64,000 nt of DNA from the NCBI GenBank assembly GCA_964016885.1, contig OZ024743.1, positions 46,252,001 through 46,316,000 on the forward strand, written 5' to 3'. Below the pieces are notes generated by a model, which saw only the letters and a list, made by a program, of their open reading frames with translations, had not been told where the DNA came from and ran no database searches. Origin of the DNA: Eledone cirrhosa. Taxonomy: Eukaryota. This document shows positions 27,200-39,915 of this stretch, piece after piece. Made by a program: the position numbers and the translations under genes. How positions within the stretch are numbered: position 1 is the stretch's first letter; each line of letters begins with the position of its first letter.

Positions 27200-30100
27200 A
27201 ATAAGAATGAAGAGAGAAGCAGGCGGACGGACAGAGAAGAGGGGGGAAAAGTAAAACTTAAAAAACAAAAACTAAGTCAGACATTCGAATACTACATTAC
27301 AATGAAACTTATGCTTATTCATTTTTGGGGCCCTTTCTGCCCGTGTGTTTGTTTGTTTATGTGTGTCCGTATACAGCGTGGTGATAATGCCACACAAGGG
27401 CCAAGTGGGATGGCGGATCCACAGATGGCTATGTAAACATACATTCGCCAATCCTCGATAAGAGTGTTTAAATATCGAACATAAACAGTTCGAATAACGG
27501 TGAAATGGAGACTAGAACGTCATGTGACAGACTCTCACCCAACAGGTGCCCCCTGGCTCAGCAGCAGGAACCTGACTGTCAACCAAATACTGCTGATGTT
27601 GGAGGAAGAAGAAGAAGGAAAGGGGCCAGAACCAACTGGACGAAAGAATTGAATAGAACTGTTATGCAATGCTACCTGAAAAGTAACCCCAAGGAGAGGG
27701 GCTACAGGAGACGGATGCATAACATCTGGAACGAGATTGGTTTATTTAAATTAGATGAACAAAAATTGGCCGGGCAGGCTCGGGTAATAAGAACTAATGG
27801 GTGGATAAGCGAGCTGGAACTGGAGGAACTGAGCAGAGAGAATGGCTTGGAGATGGCGGGTGTAGTATGCCAGACAAGCGAGCCGGCGGGAAATGAAGGT
27901 GAGGAGGTCCTGAGAACGGAGGAACCACCCGAAGCAGACAATGATCTGAATACTGAGATAAATAATACCTGGAACAGAGAAACGGCCACTGAGGAGATGA
28001 ATGCTGACGGGCTAGGACAAGATTCGGTTGACATCCTAAATTTAGTGGTAGATGAGTTGAACAATGATAGTGGGAGACCTATGAACCTAAGATTTGTAGA
28101 CAGGAAAAAGTTAAAAGAAACAATAGCTAAGGTAAACAAAGTCATCCCATACCTTGAGGCGAGGAGTCTTCACCAGTGCAACAATATCCTCAAAGCAACA
28201 GCAAATACGGTGAGGAAACTACTTGGTATAAAAGCGAGAGGAAACAACAGACAAGAAAGAGCAGAGCCGTGGTGGAAGAAGCGACTGAGTGGGTAAATCG
28301 GGGAAATGAGAAATGACATAGGAAAGCTTGAGTCACTACTGAATGGGACACTAAAAAACATAGGCACTAAAAATAGACTGGAAATAAAATACAAAACTAG
28401 GAGTAAAAAGCTAAATATTATCATAGAGGAATTGAAGCAACGCATTGTAGCAAAGAGTGCCAAAATCAGGCGATACGAGAACAGAGTCAGTCAGTATAAA
28501 CAGAACCGCATGTTCGACAACAACCAGAAGATGCTGTTTGGACAGCTTGAGGGGAAAGAAAGAGGCAACGACTTGATCCCTGGGGCGGAACAAGCTAAAA
28601 CATTCTGGAGAAGAATATGGGAGCAGGATGTTAGACACAATGCCCAGGCAGGGTGGATTGAGACAGTACAGAGGGAGATCGGTGAGCAGGCACAGCAACA
28701 GACTGATTTGAGTATCACAGTTGAAACTCTTAAGGGGCAAGCCAAAAAACTAACCAACTGGAAATCACCAGGCCCAGATGGTGTGCAGGGGTATTGGATT
28801 AAACATTTAACATCCCTCCACCCGAAGCTGACGGCCATGTTCAATGACTGCTTGGTGTCGGGTGAGGTGCCAGAGTGGTTGACAAAAGGTACCACAGTTC
28901 TGATAATGAAAGACCGAATCAAGGGTAATGATGTTACCAACTATAGACCTATCACATGTCTGCCCGTAATGTGGAAACTGTTGACGAGCATTGTGTCTGA
29001 GGAAATCTACCATCACCTCCACACAAACAACTTGTTGCCGGACGAACAGAAAGGATGCCGAAAGAAGTCACGTGGTACAAAGGACCAGTTGCTTATTGAT
29101 AAGATGGTAATGGGGAATTGCAGGAGGAGACACACTGATCTTGCCATGGGATGGATAGACTACAGAAAGGCATTTGACATGGTGCCTCATTCCTGGATCA
29201 CCAAAAGCCTGGAGATCTTCAGGGTGGCAGATAACATCAGACAGTTGCTGGGCAGGAGTATGGGGTCCTGGGAGACAGAGTTGACATCAACTGGAGTATC
29301 CTTGGGAAGCGTGAAGATCAAGAGAGGTATCTTCCAGGGAGATAGCCTGTCCCCTCTGTTGTTTGTCCTTGCCCTGATGCCCTTGACCATTATGCTGCGA
29401 AAAGTGAGAGCAGGATACAAGTTGGGAAGGGGAGAGCTTACCATCAATCACCTCCTCTTCATGGACGATCTTAAGCTCTTCGGGAAAAGTGAGAAGGAGT
29501 TGGATGTGCTTGTTGACACTGTCCGTATTTTCAGCAGTGATATATGTATGCAGTTTGGTATTGGTAAATGTGGAGTCATTGTGATGAGGAGGGGTAGGTT
29601 GAGCAGAAGTAACGGGATCCAGATACCAACAGGTGAGATGATAAAGGAAATTGACTCTGAGGAAGGATACAAGTATTTGGGCGTTCTGGAGGCTGATGGC
29701 ATAAAGAACAAAAAAATGAAGGAATTGTTAAGAACTGAATACATTCGGAGAGTAAGGAGCGTATTGAAGTCACATCTGAACAGCAGAAATGCCATAAGCG
29801 CAGTAAATTCCCGAGCTGTGTCTATTATTAGGTACAGTGCGGGAATTCTGAGATGGAATGTTGCTGAACAAAAAGAAATGGATAGGAAGACTAGGAAGCT
29901 ATTGACTATCTACAACATGTTCCACAAGAGGAGTGATGTCGATAGACTCTACCTAAGGAGATCTGAGGGTGGAAGAGGTCTTATCAGCATAGAGGACTGT
30001 GTTCAGATGGAGAAAAACAACCTATACAAATACGTGACCTATAGTAAGGAGCCAATGCTCAGAGCTGTACTGAAGGAGGGGACAGTAGACCAGGGGATAC

Positions 30101-30975
30101 CCAAGGAGGAAATAACATCAAGGAGGAAGAGCAGCCTTAAGGGAAAATCCCTTCATAGTACCTTCTTTGAGAAAACTGAATTTAGAGATCCACAGACATG
30201 GAACTGGTTGAGAAGAGGAGACCTCAAAAAGGCTACAGAAGGAATGCTAATGGCTGCGCAGGAGCAGGCCCTCAAAACGAAGTGGTTGAAGCACCATATC
30301 TACAAGGAGGAGGCTAGCCCACTGTGCAGGATCTGTGGAGAGAGAGAGGAGACTGTGGCTCACATTGTGTCCGAGTGTAAACACCTAGCCCAGACCCACT
30401 ATAAGGGCTGGAGACACGATGTGATGGGCAGGGTGATCCACTGGCACCTGTGCAAAGTAAACAATCTACCACATTCTGAGAAATGGTATGAGCATAGGCC
30501 AGAGGCGGTGATGGAGAACAGTCAGGTGAAGGTGCTGTGGGATTTTAGGATACAGACGGACAAAAAACTGGAGCACAATAGACCTGACCTGGTGGTTGTG
30601 GACAAAGAAAAAAGATCGTGCCTGATTGTGGATGTGGCCTGCCCGTTCGACACGAGAGTGCAAGAGAAGGAGAGGGAGAAAATTAACCGATACCAGGACC
30701 TAAAGTGGGAGGTGAAAAGGATTTGGAACTGCCATGAAGTCAAAGTGATCCCGATCGTCATAGGCGCACTGGGGACTATCTCCAAAGGTTTCCAGGGATG
30801 GTTAAAGAAAATCGGCCCCTTCACGCTTTTTGGAACGCTTCAAAAGGCATGCTTGCTTGGAACGGCAAGAACCCTCCGATACGTCCTGAATATCTGAGGC
30901 TGCAGGTAGTGGCTTGATATTCAATCCAACGGACTTTCCAGTTAACCAACATCAATGACTGAGATTCAAGGAATA
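27200..30975 (+). mobile_element. Near-intact R4/Dong-clade LINE flanked by (AAT)n
   Basis: Single frame 27505-30897 with one premature TAA (28294-28296); (AAT)n at 27147-27193 and 30972-31002. Confidence 0.95.
27505..30897 (+). pseudogene. R4/Dong polyprotein: N-terminal domain, RT, CCHC finger, PD-(D/E)xK restriction-like endonuclease; one internal stop
   Basis: WTKELN..YRRRM..W; KSPGPDG; WIDYRKAFDMVPH; GIFQGDSLSPLLF; LFMDDLKL; CRIC..ETVAHIVSEC; RHD; NRPDLVV..IVDVACP..EKINRY. Confidence 0.93.
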
Positions 30976-31002
30976 ACAATAACAATAATAATAATAATAA
31001 TA

Positions 31003-32715
31003 AAACCATTAATCACCTGTTCTACATGGATGACCTGAAACTATTTGCAAAAAATGATGAACAATTGCAAGGGCTATTATCCACTGTGAAGCAGTTCAGT
31101 GATGACATTAAAATGGAGTTTGGACTGGATAAATGCGCCAAAGCAACGTTCACCAGAGGAAAGCTGCTGAAGAGTTCAGACATTAATCTTGATCGGGGGA
31201 ACGTGATAAGAGAGCTTGATCAAGAACAAACTTACAAATATCTAGGTGTTTGTGAAGGAGACGGAATCAAGCACTCGACAATGAGGGAAAGGATAAGGAA
31301 GGAATGTTACCGCAGAGTCAGAGCAATCTTAAGAACGGAATTGAATGCAAGGAATAGGATCGATGCCATAAACACGCTTGCCATACCAGTAGTAACCTAC
31401 AGTTACAATGTCATCAACTGGTCAAGCACAGAGATCCGTAGGCTCGATACAAAAATCCGAAAATTCTTAACCATGCACAGAATGCATCACCCTAAGGCAG
31501 ACATAGATAGAATATATCTCCCTAGGAAAGAAGGAGGACGTGGGTTAATCCAGTTAGACATTGCGTTGAAAACTGCAACAATTGGATTATCCACATATCT
31601 AAGGGAATCACATGATTGGATGATCAAACTCGTTTTCAAACACGAAAGCACCAAAAGATCATATTCCATTACAAAAGATGCACAAAGATACAGTAATGGA
31701 CTACAAATTTCAGAAGTCCCATTTACTGCTGAAATGGAAAACACAGAAAAAGCAAAGCAGGTAAAAGTAACTGCAAAGAAAGAACTGCTACAGAAACTGG
31801 CTAAGAAATGGCAAGAAAAGCCTCTGTATGGAAAATACCCAGAGCGAGCTAACAATCCTGATGTTGACAAAACTTTAACCCATCAGTGGTTGGCATCCTC
31901 TGGACTGAAATCGGAGACTGAAGGACTGATTATATCCGCACAAGATCAGTGTCTGCCAGCAAAAAATTACCAAGCCAACATAATAAAAAATGGGTGCAGC
32001 CCATTATGCCGTGTATGCAAAAAACAACCAGAGACCATTGACCATATAATTTCAATGTGCAGTCCTATAGCTTCAACCGAATACCTAAACAGGCATGACA
32101 GAGCTGCACAATACATACATTGGATAATGTGTAAGCATTTTGACCTGCCCCATCAAAAGAATTGGTGGGAGCATCAACCACCTCCCATACTTGAAAAAGA
32201 TCACATCTCAATCTTGTGGAACTTTAGCATCCAAACAGACCGAAAAATAGATGCAAATAGACCTGATATAATATTGAAGGACTTTCAAAGGAGGGTATGC
32301 CTGCTAATTGATATGTCTGTTCCAATAGACAAGAATGTATCTATAAAAACATTTGAAAAATTGAGCAAGTATAAGGACCTGGAGATAGAAATTGGAAAAA
32401 TGTGGAAATTGAGAACTAAAACAATACCAGTGGTTGTAGGCGCTCTGGGAATGATACCTAAGGGGTCTAACGACTACTTATCGCAAATCCCAGGAAACCC
32501 GCGTATAGGAGAAATACAAAAGATAGTACTAATGGGAACTGCCCATATACTAAGGAAGATCCTGTCAATATAAGTACATCACAAGTCTAAACACTAAGGA
32601 TGCATGTGTAAATATGTATGTTCTTTCTTGAACATGGCGGACCTTGTTGTCTCTTGAGGTCACTGGTTGTGACTTGGTGATAACTCGTATAAACATAAAG
32701 CAAGATAAATGCAAA
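31003..32715 (+). mobile_element. 5'-truncated R4/Dong-clade LINE of a second family (open 515-aa RT C-terminus + RLE)
   Basis: HLFYMDDLKLF, CRVC..ETIDHIISMC, RHD, NRPDII..LIDMSVP..EKLSKY; (AAT)n on both sides. Confidence 0.93.
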
Positions 32716-32730
32716 TAATAATAATAATAT

Positions 32731-32862
32731 AAAGGCATGCTTGCTTGGAACAGCAAGAACCCTCCGATACGTCCTGAATATCTGAGGCTGCAGGTAGTGG
32801 CTTGATATTCAATCCAACGGACTTTCCAGTTAACCAACATCAATGACTGAGATTCAAGGAAT
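32731..32862 (+). mobile_element. About 130-bp 3' stub of the 27200-30975 family
   Basis: Nearly identical to 30843-30975; (AAT)n on both sides. Confidence 0.92.
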
Positions 32863-32916
32863 AACAACAATAATAATAATAATAATAATAAATAAATTTT
32901 AAAAAAAAAAAAGGGA

Positions 32917-32964
<48 letters not shown>

Positions 32965-33048
32965 CACACACATACATATACATACATACATACACACACA
33001 CATACATACACATACACTCACACATATATACACACATACATTAATAAC

Positions 33049-33085
<37 letters not shown>

Positions 33086-33160
33086 GCAATAATAATAATA
33101 ACGACAACAACAATAATAATATACATATTCATATATATATACACACACACGCACATAAGC

Positions 33161-33222
<62 letters not shown>

Positions 33223-33224
<2 letters not shown>

Positions 33225-34527
33225 TAGCAACTAACAGTGCTGCGATCGAATGTGGCTTTTTAGCCCAGCCAATGATCTAAAATGTCTTGCACAGAGTCGG
33301 CAACCAAAACATTTACTGGGAATAGTCGGCTGTGGTTGGAGTTCGTGTACTTTTGCATGTCGCTTGAGTCCTCCTGCTGATTTACATTCTCTACCACATG
33401 TTTGGCAAGCATGATGAGTAGCATCTCCAACAGCAGCCTGGTAGTCAACCACTGGTCTTACTTTATGACTGCGAAGATGACTTTCGAGTCCAGCTTTGCT
33501 TAGGCAGAGTCTCGCACAGACGCTGCATGTCAGAACCATAGGAGGACCCTCGCCGTCTGGAAGTGCAACAGCAATGCCCTTCCTCATGTCCCGCTTTACT
33601 TTCTCGTATGCGATTCGAGATGCCTCAAAGGCAACTTTTCCCTCATATACAGTCTTTCTCCATTTATTACGATCAGCAGCAATATTTTCCCATGTATCAG
33701 CAGAGATGTTAGCGTCTTTCAGAGAGGCTTTCAAGTAATCCTTATACCTCTTTTTTGGTTTATGTGGCGGTCGTTTTCCTTTAACCAACTCTCCATAGAA
33801 GAGTTGTTTTGGTATTCTAGAATCCTTCATCCTGGCAAGGTGACCACTCCAACAGAGTCGCTGCTTAAGCACAAGAGCTTCTATACTGTCACACATAGAG
33901 CTTTCCAAAATCTCGACATCACTGATGTGGTCCCTCCAGTGAACGCCATGGATCCGTCTGAGACACATCTGATGGAAACGCTCCAATTGCTTAAGGTGGC
34001 GTCGATATGTGACCCAGGTCTCGCAGGCATAAAGAAGACAAGAGAGTACACATGCCCTGTACACCTTTACCTTTGTCCTCCTGCATATGTCTCGCCGACC
34101 CCAGAGTCGCCTTTCTAGCTTTCCGAAAGCATCACTTGCTTTCCTAATCCTAAGTGAGATTTCACCGTCAAGGTTGCCGTATCGATTGACAGTGCTTCCC
34201 AGGTAGACAAACTGATCAACCACTCCAAGTCGTTTGCCATACACATAGATGTTTGGTTCAGTGTACTGCTTACCAGGGGCAGGTTGGTACATGACGACGG
34301 TTTTCTTGAGACTGACAGTCAAACCCAGGGCAGTGCAAGCGTCAGAAAATACATTCAAAATGTGCTGCATATCACTCTCTGTGTGCGCTACAAGATCGCA
34401 ATCATCTGCATACAAGAGGTCTCTTATGACTGATGTAAATACTTTTGTCTTCGCAGCAAAGCGCCTGGTGTTAAATATGCTGCCTGAGGTTCGATATCGG
34501 ATGTAAACACCATGCTCGCAATTCCTG
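33223..34527 (-). mobile_element. 5'-truncated RTE-clade LINE: RT C-terminal half and three C2H2 zinc fingers, ORF open
   Basis: LLYADDCDL, FVYLGS, LLYACETW, WSGHLARMKDSRIPKQLFYGEL; three CxxC...HxxxH motifs; stop at 33231. Confidence 0.92.
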
Positions 34528-34721
34528 AATGCAATACAGAAAACATACATACATACATGCATACATACATACATACATACATACATACATACATACATAC
34601 ATACATACATACATACATGCATGCATACATACATACATACATACATGCATACATACATACATACATACATACATACATACATACATACATACATACATAC
34701 ATACATACATACATACATACA

Positions 34722-35225
34722 TGATGGCTGCCCCCTCGTTATCGAGTATGGCCATTGCACGATATACCATTATTAATAATTATTAATTAATTCCATCGTG
34801 CAATGCCTGTGCGTGAAGATATTTTTAAAGTGAAGAAAGACTGTGCACTGAGCCAATCCCACTCTCTGAGCGACAGTAGCTATAACCCGAAAAGAAGAAA
34901 AGATCAACATCATCGGTAACTACTCAGCCTCAAGTTTTATATCGGAGTTATCCCAGTTTCCTGAGTTGCCTTCTCCTAGAAGAATGCCAGTGGTTTAACC
35001 GGGTGGTACATGTCTATATACATATTTACACAATTTCGGATGGCCATTGATTCTTATGAGTTCTTCCACCCTTTTCAGGTTTTGTTTTTTGTTCTGCAGG
35101 GTGTTCAAAATCACTCTCCTCACCAAGTAAACTTGGTGGGGTTGCCGGTTTAGTCGCCGACGACCCGACCATGCGACAGGTTGAACTGGGTTACCAATAG
35201 CACTCAAGAGTGACCCGACATCACA
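34722..35225 (-). mobile_element. Bipartite non-autonomous RTE derivative (5'UTR joined to 3'UTR, no coding sequence), (GTAT)n tail at 34545-34722
   Basis: Homologous to 168-612; 3' end matches 27088-27128. Confidence 0.7.
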
Positions 35226-35239
35226 TACATACATATAAG

Positions 35240-36610
35240 TTACAAGCACGTCTCTCCTTGCATCTACAACTCTACCATCCTCCCTGAATCCAACCAACGC
35301 TCCCTTCCTATTCCTGATGACTTCACCTGCACCACAAGAAATGTCATCTCTTGTATGAAATGCCTTTTCTGTAATGTCGTATACATTGAAGAGACTAGCC
35401 GCAGACTAGCAGCCCATTTCACCGAACATCTGCAGGACAACCCCTAAAATAACGCCATATTGCTCGTCATTTCAACTTATCTACTGACACTGTCCCCGAA
35501 CTCTCAGTCTGTGGTGTTCTTTTGCTCCAAGTTTCTCACTATCACAAAGAACAAAGTCTTTTTTTCCGCCATGTGAGGTGTAAATGTGCATATACACCCT
35601 ACTATATGCACATTTACACCTCATAGACTTCGTACATCAATCTTCCACATCGATGTATCTATATAGAATGCATATATCGCACACATACATGGCGCATGGC
35701 TTAGTGGTTAGAGCATTGGGCTTGCAATCGAAAGGTTGTGAGTTCAATTCTCGGACCGGGTGATGTGTTGTTTCCTTGAGACACTTTATTTCACGTTGCT
35801 CCAGTTTACTCAGCTGTAGAAATGAGATGATAGGACTGGGGTCCCTATCATTAAATTACCCAAGACACCTCCAACGAGATATACCTTGGAGGAGGCCAGC
35901 TAGACCTGCATAGGTGTGAGCTGTCACACACACACACATACATACAACAGCACACAAACTTACTCACTAACTCGACACCTACTTCCACACACAAACTCCT
36001 ATAAATAGTAGTTTACACCTCTACACACACAGATCACTTCCCTCATTCCTCGCTACATTTCCTCCTCATCCTCCCCCACACTCTTTCTCTCTCTTCCTGC
36101 CAATTTACACCACTCCCAACCCCTCTCTATATAAGTAACCCCTAGTACTCGTCTATCTGCAAAGACCACCTCCTACCTTCCCCTCCCTCTGCCCTTCCAC
36201 CTCTCCCTTTCTTCCTCACTCCACTCTCTCCCTCTCTCTCTTTCTCTCCCTTTCTTATTCCCTCTTTCTCTCCAGGAGTTCGTACTACCATCCAGTTCGT
36301 CACTCTCACTTCTTCCTAACTGATCTCTCTACTTGTAAGTTTGTCAACTTCCTATGCTAATAATCAAACTTCTCGTTTCACAGGCATGAACCATTCAAAC
36401 CCCATCGAACTCGGTATCGTTCCTACACTTTTTTCTTATTTCTTATTCCTTTCTTTTCTCATACTGCTTTGATAAATTGTTTAACCCGAAACGTCAGATA
36501 CCATCTTCTCTTCCTATTCGGCGTTCACATTTCCACTCTGTACGTATTGTTCATATTTTTATGTATATATTTTGTTAGCCACGTTTCTTCTTTTTTCACT
36601 TCTTTCTCTC
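35240..36610 (+). mobile_element. Decayed Neptune-type Penelope 3' fragment (GIY-YIG remnant + pyrimidine-rich 3' region) interrupted by a SINE
   Basis: Hand translation DFTCTTRNVISCMKCLFCNVVYIEETSRRLAAHFTEHLQD (about 35320-35440); degenerate hammerhead 3' half CCCGAAACGTCA near 36485. 3' boundary uncertain. Confidence 0.6.
35691..35925 (+). mobile_element. CORE-type tRNA SINE
   Basis: Same family as 14666-14905. Confidence 0.85.
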
Positions 36611-36685
36611 TTTCTTTACTCTGTTTTAAATTCTTACGTTTTAACTCTTTGTTTCCCTGTTGTTGTTTTTTTGTCGGTTTTACGG

Positions 36686-36767
<82 letters not shown>

Positions 36768-38039
36768 TATGGTGGGGCCAATGAGGGGAGGGGGAGAAGA
36801 GGAAAATTCTCTTCTTGGTTCTCAAACAAAATTATAAAGATAATTTACTTCCATGTTTCCTCAAAAATCGATGAAAATCCGATTCTGATTGGTAGATAGC
36901 AGGTTGTTGAATTATTTAATACCACTTTCGTCCAGTAGAAACATTTGGGTAATCTTAAGACTTTTGCGAGTAAAGCGAAAATGACGTTGTGGTCTCTATC
37001 TGGGTTATTATCTTAGTATTAGTTCAGATTAAAATCAGTCGGTCAAATTATAGAATGCAATGCAATGCAAAGAAAGTTGTGTTTTAAATGATTGAAAGCC
37101 AACTGATCGAAAGGAATTAAATCAAAGTTTATCGAAAATCCATCTGGCAAGAAATCAAGAGACGTAAGTTCGAAATTGCCAGGCAGAAATCCAAAAGCAT
37201 TGCTGATTCGAGTACTGTGTATAGCAGTGAAAGATCGCTAAATACGAGAATTAAAAACGATCAGTTAAGTCCGACTAGTTTTGATTTGGATGTTGACCAA
37301 TATATTAAATGAAAGTAAATACTATTATCTTGAAGTTTAATATCCTAAGAAAGAATTAACTGGAAATTATCCAGCATTATGTAAGTAAACCAGACACTTA
37401 TTAGATGAAGTGGAGATTCAACAAGCGTCTTCAAGCCGTTTTCCCTGCTCAAGCAGAGGTTAGTGTTTGCAGGTCTCATGACAAACTTCATACTCATCAT
37501 TGGATCCTTTTTGAGGCGATGTTTTACAGTTAGATGCCCCTCTTGGCGCCAACCCTTTTAGTCTCCTCTTATGACATGCAGGCATACTGTGTACCTATTG
37601 TAAACCAAATACACACAGTAAAGATATGAAGTTGAAAAGATGTCTACAGCAACAGTGACAGCCCTATTTAAGTCGTTTCTAACAAAAACGAATCAAAATG
37701 TTTTACACTCGAAACAATTGACTTTCAAATTAGATATTCAGATTTCTCAATTTAATTTAGACATCAGGGGACTTAACACGTCACCCGATTTAACCCCACT
37801 ACTTAGTTCTGGGATACTTTCCTCCCTTTCTCCCTCATATCCAGTCATGGAGGCTTTGAATATGGTCATGAGTACTGTCCTTCCCTTTCTGACTAAACAG
37901 TAGAAAAAAGACATTTTGTTCTACGCGCTAGCGCCTCTTACAATTCACCGCCTACCTCAGCTATCTAATAAATAATGCATTCTGGAATGTTGGGAGATAC
38001 AACACTCATGGAAATAATATTCTTATAAGTAAAATCTGA

Positions 38040-38730
38040 AGTGCCCAGAAGCGACACACCACGAAATGTTAGGAAAATATTGGAAATTTAGTTGTATTCT
38101 TCGATCACTAATGAAATAATATCTATGAGTCTGTTATGTAAAAATACATTTGGAAATGATATAATGAAGCCTTTAAAGATGAAAGATCATCTCAAGATAA
38201 GTAAAACAAATATTTTCAATTGTTTAAGATACTGGTTTGGAAAATGTCCAATTTTAATGGCTTTTCTGAAGTCCCGACCACATACCCATGTTTAAAGGGG
38301 TTGTTAAGGCTTCTTACAATGTACTCATTGATATAACAATAAGAATGTCATACTATTAGAGAGGATATTATTATATCAGCTTTAAAAAATGATGATTTCT
38401 AATTTAGGCACAAAGCCAACAACCTTAAGGGAGGGGAAAAGTCGATTAAATCGACCCCAGTATGTTACTGATGCTTTATCGACCCCGTAAAGATGAAAGA
38501 CAAAGCTAACCTCGGCGGAATTTGAACTCATTAAGTAAATGGACGTAACTCTATGCCGCAGAGCATATTGTCCGATGCTCTACTGATACTGCCAATCCAC
38601 CACCTTGGCTTTAACAGGAAATAGAAACCGTTATGAAGAAGAACCCTCAAGCTATTCTCAAGGTTATTTTTCTGAGTAATAGTACAGTAAAATGGTGTAT
38701 TTACGAGGCTGAAAATGTTGAAAATACTTC
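38040..38730 (+). pseudogene. hAT (Charlie/Buster-like) transposase relic split by a SINE
   Basis: MSLLCKNTFGNDIMKPLKMKDHL (BED-finger-like), ASYNV, HTIREDII, ILKVIFLSNSTVKW..AENVE resemble the N-terminus of this transposase group. Confidence 0.65.
38395..38604 (-). mobile_element. Meta/MESC-type SINE inserted in the transposase relic
   Basis: Reverse-complement match to the family. Confidence 0.8.
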
Positions 38731-38762
38731 AATGATGTACATTTTCTATCCAGCTGGACGTG

Positions 38763-38878
<116 letters not shown>

Positions 38879-38959
38879 ATATTGACTCCATTAATTATTT
38901 GAGTGGTGCTATATTTTATTTGATCCCAGAAAAATGAAAGGCAAGAGAGTAACAAGAAT

Positions 38960-39475
38960 GTCTGAATGTGTGTATGCGTGTGTGTGTGTGTATGTGTCTG
39001 TATGTGTGTGTATGTGTATGTGTATGTGTGTATGTGTGTGTGTGTGTGTGCGCGCGTGTGTCTGTGTTTGTTTATGTGCGTGGGTGTTTGTGTGTGTGCA
39101 TGTGTGCGTGTGTGCGTGTGGTTGTCTGTGTGTGTGTGTGTATTTGTGTATGTGCGTGTGTGTGTGTGTGTTTGTTTGTGTGGGTGTTTGTGTATGTGTA
39201 TGTGTGTTTGTGTATGTGGATGTATGTTTGTGTATGTGTGTGTGGGTTTGTGTATGTGTGTGTGTGTATTTGTGTATGCGTGTGGGTCTGTTTGTATTTG
39301 TTTGTGTGTGTGTGTGTTTGTGTATATGCGTGTCTGTTTGTATTTGTGTGTGTGTGTTTGTTTGTGTATGTGTGTATTTGTGTGTGTGTGTGTATGTGCG
39401 TGGATGTTTGTGTATATATGTGTGTGTGTCTGTGTGTATATGTGTGTGTGTGTATTTGTGTTTGTGTGTGTATTT
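38960..39475. repeat. Degenerate (GT)n-based compound microsatellite
   Basis: Direct inspection. Confidence 0.95.
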
Positions 39476-39524
39476 TCTGGTGTTATACTTGTCACTACTT
39501 TATTACTTTTCGTTCTTCCGGTGT

Positions 39525-39915
39525 AGATAAGATAAAGTACCAATCTAGTAATGGAGTCGATTTAAATGGATTTTCCCCGTGCCCCAAATTTCGGGCTGTA
39601 TACCTAATTTAGAAACCATTAACTTTGCCTTTCATCCTTACAAGGTCGATAAAATAAAGTACTAGTAATGTACTGGGTAATTGCTGGCCTTGTGCCAAAA
39701 GTAGAAACAATTATTCTTGTTACTCTGAAATATTTTGCCTTATATATAACCGTAGCAGTTCCGGAAGTAATACTTTCTATAAATTATTATTTTCCCAAGT
39801 CTGAGTTCAAATCGCGCCGAGGTTAACTTTGCCTTTCATCCTTACGGGGTCGATAAAATAAAGTACCAGTAATGTACTGGGTAATTGCTGGCCTAGTGCC
39901 TAAAGTAGAAACAAT
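39525..39915 (+). mobile_element. Cluster of 5'-truncated Meta-type SINE pieces
   Basis: Three partial matches near 39525, 39618 and 39797. Confidence 0.75.

Noticed and set aside
27320-27460. HDV-like ribozyme in the R4 5'UTR
   Set aside because: Only simple hairpins found; no nested double pseudoknot.
34528-34760. N-terminal extension of the 509-aa RTE ORF
   Set aside because: It is the 3'UTR and (GTAT)n tail of the neighbouring element, which is open by chance.
35691-35765. tRNA gene
   Set aside because: tRNA-like head of a multi-copy SINE, continuing into a CORE domain.
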